64,000 nucleotides of DNA, from NCBI RefSeq assembly GCF_009914755.1, contig NC_060938.1; one strand, 5' to 3'. Below the pieces are notes generated by a model, which did no database searches, had not been told where the DNA came from, and saw only the letters and a list, made by a program, of their open reading frames with translations. Source of the DNA: the human T2T-CHM13v2.0 reference genome, Homo sapiens. Both the position numbers and the translations under genes were made by a program. Positions 59,901 through 64,000 of the stretch are shown here, one piece after another; the first letter of the stretch is position 1, and each line of letters opens with the position of its first letter.

Positions 59901-62900
59901 ATGGAATGGAATGGAACGAAATGGAATGGATCGGAATGGAATCCAATGGAATCAACTGGAATGGAATGGAATGGAATAGAATGGAATGGAATGGAATGGA
60001 ATGGAATGGAATGAAGTAAATCCGGGTGGAGTGGATTGGAATGTAATGGAGTGTAATGTAATGGGATTTAGTGGAATGGAATGGAATGGAATGGAATGAA
60101 ATGGATTGGATTGGAATGGAATCCATTGGAATCAACTGGAATGGAATGGAATGGATTAAATCCGGGTGGAGTGGAATGGAATGTAATGGAGTGGAATGGA
60201 ATGGATTTTACTGGAATTGAATGGAATGGAATGGAATGGAATGGAATGGAATGGAATGGAATGGTATAAACCCGAATGGAATGGAACGGAATCAACCCGA
60301 ATGGAATGGAACGGAATGGAATGGAAAGAATGGAATGGAATGGAATGGAATGGAATGGAATGGAATGGAATGGAATGGAGTGGAATGGAACGTAATGGAG
60401 AGGAATGGAATAAACACCAGGGGAATGAAATGGATTGGAATGAAATGGAATGGAATGGAATGGAATGGAATGGAATGGAATGGAATGGAGTGAAATCAAC
60501 CCGAGTGGAATGCAACGGAATGGAATGGAATGGAAAGGAATGAATGGAATGGAGTGGTGTGGAATCAACACAAGAGAAATGGAATGGAATGGAATGGAAT
60601 GGAATGGAATGGAACGGAATGGAAAGGAACGGAATGGAATGAACCCGAATGGAATGGAATGGATTGGAATGGAATGGAATGGAATGGAATGGAATGAACC
60701 CGAATGGAATGGAATGGATTGGAATGGAATGGAATGGAATCAACCCGACCGGAAAGGAATGGAATGGAATGGAGTGGAATGGAATGAAATGGAATGGAAT
60801 GGAATGGAATGGAATCAACACGAATGGAGTGGAACAGAATGGAATGGGATGGGATGGAATGGAATGGAATGGAAGTTAATCAACACCAATGGAATGGAAC
60901 GGTGTGGAATGGAATGGAATGGAAAGGAATGGAATAAACCCGAATGGAATGGAATGAATTGGAATGGAATCAACCCGACTGGAATGATATGGAATGAAAT
61001 GCAATGGGATGGAGTGGAATCAACCCGAGTGGAATGGAATGGAATGGAATGAAATGGAATGGATCGGAATGGAATCCAATGGAATCAACTGGAATGGAAT
61101 GGAATGGAACGGAATGGAATGGAATGGAATAAATCAGGGTGGAATGGAATGGAATGTAATGGAGTGGAATGTAATGGAATTTAGTGGAATGGAATGGAAT
61201 GGAATGGAATGGAATGAAATGGAAAGGAATGGAATGGAATGAAATGGATTGGATTAGAATGGAATCCAATGGAATCAACTGGAATGGAATGGAATGGAAT
61301 GGAATGGAATGGAATAAATCCGGGCGGAGTGGAATGGAATGTAATGGAGTGGAATGGAATGGAATTTAGTGGAATGGAATGGAATGGAATGCAATGGAAT
61401 GGAATGGAATGGAATGGAATGGAATGGAATGGAATGGAATCAACCCGAATGGAATGGAACGGAATGGAATGGAAAGGAATGGAATGGAATGGATTCAACC
61501 CGAATGGAATGGAACGGAATGGAATGGAAAGGAATGGAACGGAATGGAATGGAATCAACCCAAATGGGATGGCATGGAATGGAATTGAATGGAATGGAAT
61601 GGAATGGAATGGAATCAACCCAAGTGCAATGGAAAGGAATGGAATGCAATGGAATCCACCCGAGTGGAATGGAATGGAATGGAATGGAATGGAATGGAAT
61701 GGAGTGGAATGGAAAGGAATGGAGTGGAATGGAATAAACACCAGGGGAATGAAATGGATTGGAATGAATTTGAATGGAATCGAATGGAATGGAATGAAAT
61801 AAACCGAGTGGAATGGAACGGAATGGAATGGAATGGAATGGAAAGGAATGAATGGAATGGAGTGGTGTGGAATCAACACGAGAGGAATGGAATGGTATGG
61901 AACGGAACGGAATGGAAAGGAATGGAATGGAATGAACCCGAATGGAATGGAATGGATTGAATTGGAATGGAATGGAATCAACACGAGCAGAAAGGAATGG
62001 AATGGAATGGAGTGGAATGGAATGTAATGGAATGGAATTGAATGGAATATAATGGAATCAACCCGAGAGGAAAGGAATGGAATGGAATTGAGTGGAATGT
62101 AATGTAATGTAAAGGAATGGAATGGAATCACCACGAATGGAATGGAACGGAATGGAATGGGATGGGATGGAATGGAATGGAATGGAAGTTAATCAACACG
62201 AATGGAATGGAACGGAATGGAATGGAATGGAATGGAATGGAATGGAATGGAATAGAATGGAATGGAATCACCACGAATGGAATGGAATGGAATGGAATGG
62301 GATGGGATGGAATGGAATGGAATGGAAGTTAATCAACACGAATGGAATGGAACGGAATGGAATGGAATGGAATGGAATGGAATGGAATGGAGTGGAATGG
62401 AACGGGATGGAATGGAATGGAATAAACACCAGGAGAATGAAATGGATTGGAATGAAATGTAATGGAATGGAATGCAATGGAATGAAATCAACCCGAGTGG
62501 AATGGAACGGAATGGAATTGAATGGAAAGGAATGAATGGAATGGAATGCTGTGGAATCAACACGAGAGGAATGGAATGGAATGGAATGGAAAGCAACGGA
62601 ATGGAAAGAAATGGAATGGAATGATCCCGAATGGAATGCAATGGATTGGAATGCAATGGAATGGAATCAACCCGAGCGGAAAGGAATGGAATGGAATGGA
62701 GTGGAATGGAATGGAATGGAGTGGAATGGAATGGAATGGAATGGAATGGAATCAACACGAATATAATGGAACGGAATGGAATGGGATGGGATGGAATGGA
62801 ATGGAATGGAAGTTAATCAACACGAATGGAATGGAACGGAATGGAAAGGAATGGAATGGAATGAAATGGAAAGGAACGGAATGGAATCAACACGAGTGGA

Positions 62901-64000
62901 ATGGAATGGAATGGAATGGAATCAACCCGAGTGGAATGAAATGGAATGCAATGCAGTGGGATGGAGTGGAGTCAACCCGAGTGGAATGGAATGGAATTGA
63001 ATGAAATGGAATGGATCGGAATGGAATCCAATGGAATCTACTGGAATGGAATGGAATAGAATGGAATAAATTCGGGTGGAGTGGAATGGAATGTAATGGA
63101 GTGGAATGGAATGGAATTTAGTGGAGTGGAATGGAATGGAATGGAATGGAAAGGAACGGAATGGAATCAACACGAGTGGAATGGAATGGAATGGAATGGA
63201 ATGGAATCAACCCCAGTTGAATTAACTGGAATGGAATGCAATGGGATGGAGGGGAATCAACCCGAGTGGAATGGAATGGAATGGAATGGGATGTAATGGA
63301 ATGGAATGGAATGGAATGGAATGGAATGAAATGGAATGGATCGGAATGGAATCCAATGGAATCAACTGGAATGGAATGGAATGGAATGGAATGGAACGGA
63401 ATGGAAACAACACGAATGGAATGGAACGGATTGTAATGGAAATGAATGGAATGGAATGGAATGGAATGGAATGGAATGGAATCAACCCAAGTGCAATGGA
63501 ATGGAATGGAATGCAATGGAATCCACCCGAGTGGAATGGAATGGAATGGAATGGAATGGAATGCAATGGAGTGGAATGGAACGGAATGGAGTGGAATGCA
63601 ATAAACATCAGGGGAATGAAATTGATTGGAATGAAGTGGAATGGAATGGAATGGAATGGAATGAAATCAACCAGAGTGGAATGGAACGGAATGGAATGGA
63701 ATGGAAAGGAATGAATGGAAAGGAATGGTGTGGAATCAACACGAAAGGAATGGAATGGAATGGAATGGAACGGAACGGAATGGAAAGGAATGGAATGAAA
63801 TGAACCCGAATGGAATGGAATGGAATGGATTGGAATGGAATGGAATGGAATCAACCCGAGCGGAAAGGAACGGAATGGAATAGAGTGGAATGTAATGTAA
63901 TGGAATGGAATGGAATGGAATCAACACAAATGTAATGGAACGGAATGGAATGGGATAGGATGGAATGGTATGGAATGGAAGTTAATCAACACGAATGGAA
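53980..64000 (+). repeat. Displaced copy of ~26180-34190 (E F A B C D E F G) containing an extra 2023 bp
   Basis: Offsets are 27798-27823 before the insertion (ORFs 27121/54929, 28878/56691) and ~29806-29851 after it (32716/62522, 33890/63701). It shares the F-to-A junction and the private variants GGATTAGAAT and GGGCGGAGT. Confidence 0.9.
57457..61502 (+). repeat. Apparently exact 2 x 2023 bp tandem duplication (junction ~59480)
   Basis: Constant 2023 offset for all paired ORFs (57573/59596, 58045/60068, 58947/60970, 59356/61379). Junction sequence is GATTCAACCCGA|ACGGAATGGAACGGAACGG. Confidence 0.93.

Larger units (their letters stand above)
1112..63615 (+). repeat. Underlying kb-scale monomer (50 anchor copies, mean spacing ~1.3 kb, range ~0.4-2.6 kb)
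   Basis: Anchor AATAAACACCAGGGG or a variant at ~1112, 2076, 3739, 5328, 6981, 9575, 11187, 11681, 12794, 14138, 14866, 16046, 16738, 18601, 19800, 21249, 23420, 24964, 26313, 27021, 27390, 29002, 29486, 30564, 31883, 32616, 33790, 34483, 36341, 37540, 38989, 41181, 42530, 43243, 44402, 45135, 47023, 48127, 49581, 51928, 54111, 54829, 55198, 56815, 57299, 58387, 60410, 61734, 62422 and 63601. Each is followed by the same ordered motif series, complete or truncated. Confidence 0.9.
1..64000 (+). repeat. Classical satellite III (HSat3, (GGAAT)n/(CATTC)n) array, probably HSat3B-type; pericentromeric or acrocentric-arm heterochromatin of human or a related ape
   Basis: Seen: continuous GGAAT pentamers and single-base variants across the window, with interspersed CAACCCGAGT, CAACCCGAAT and CAACACGAGT decamers. 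Established: CAACCCGA(G/A)T(GGAAT)n is the classical satellite III signature. The CGAAT/CATC-rich pattern typical of HSat2 is nearly absent. Subfamily is tentative, and chromosome and species cannot be assigned by eye. Confidence 0.97.

Noticed and set aside
1112-63615. CRISPR-like pattern of conserved motifs separated by intervals
   Set aside because: The intervals are satellite, not unique spacers. Their lengths are irregular and there are no cas genes or leader.
3-63927. Hundreds of ORFs up to 359 aa (MEWNG repeats on +, FHSIP repeats on -)
   Set aside because: Pure (GGAAT)n has no stop codon in any frame and supplies an ATG every 5 bp. The ORFs overlap in all frames, track the DNA repeat and show no domains or codon structure.
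1-64000. Telomeric repeat, alpha satellite or HSat2
   Set aside because: No TTAGGG arrays, no 171-bp monomer or CENP-B box, and the CATCGAAT/CATCATC-type words of HSat2 are essentially lacking.
1-64000. Transposon insertions (Alu, L1, LTR) or unique islands
   Set aside because: No non-satellite stretch longer than ~20 bp, poly(A) tail or terminal repeat was seen.
1-64000. Annotating a SatIII lncRNA gene, or assigning a chromosome or species
   Set aside because: Transcription and location cannot be determined from this sequence without expression data or a k-mer search.

Overview
The whole 64 kb is one uninterrupted, single-orientation array of primate (human-type) classical satellite III: a (GGAAT)n backbone punctuated by CAACCCGAGT/CAACACGAGT-type decamers, most consistent with the HSat3B group. 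I see no genes, transposons, RNA genes or CRISPR arrays, and every ORF in the track is a translation of the pentamer (MEWNG/FHSIP). The interest lies in nested structure. The pentamer is organised into a ~0.4-2.6 kb monomer, with 50 copies of an anchor AATAAACACCAGGGG counted by eye. The monomers fall into recognisable types, here labelled A-K, X and Y, plus a linker L, in the order C X Y X Y (L)A B C D E F G H I J K D D E F A B C D E F G H I J K D E F G H I J K (L)A E F A B C D D E F G. This order can be explained by an ancestral ~14 kb higher-order unit, an older ~10.6 kb tandem duplication, a younger ~16.2-17.8 kb tandem duplication, a copy displaced by ~27.8 kb, and local 3.24 kb, 2.02 kb and ~1.5 kb duplications. 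Other points are a reused breakpoint, a one-directional drift of the pentamer register, and embedded motifs (AATAAA/forkhead-like, CREB3/XBP1-like) whose function is untested. All coordinates were read by eye and cross-checked against offsets between identical ORFs, and junctions are uncertain by tens of bases. I found no evidence of a novel protein-coding system.
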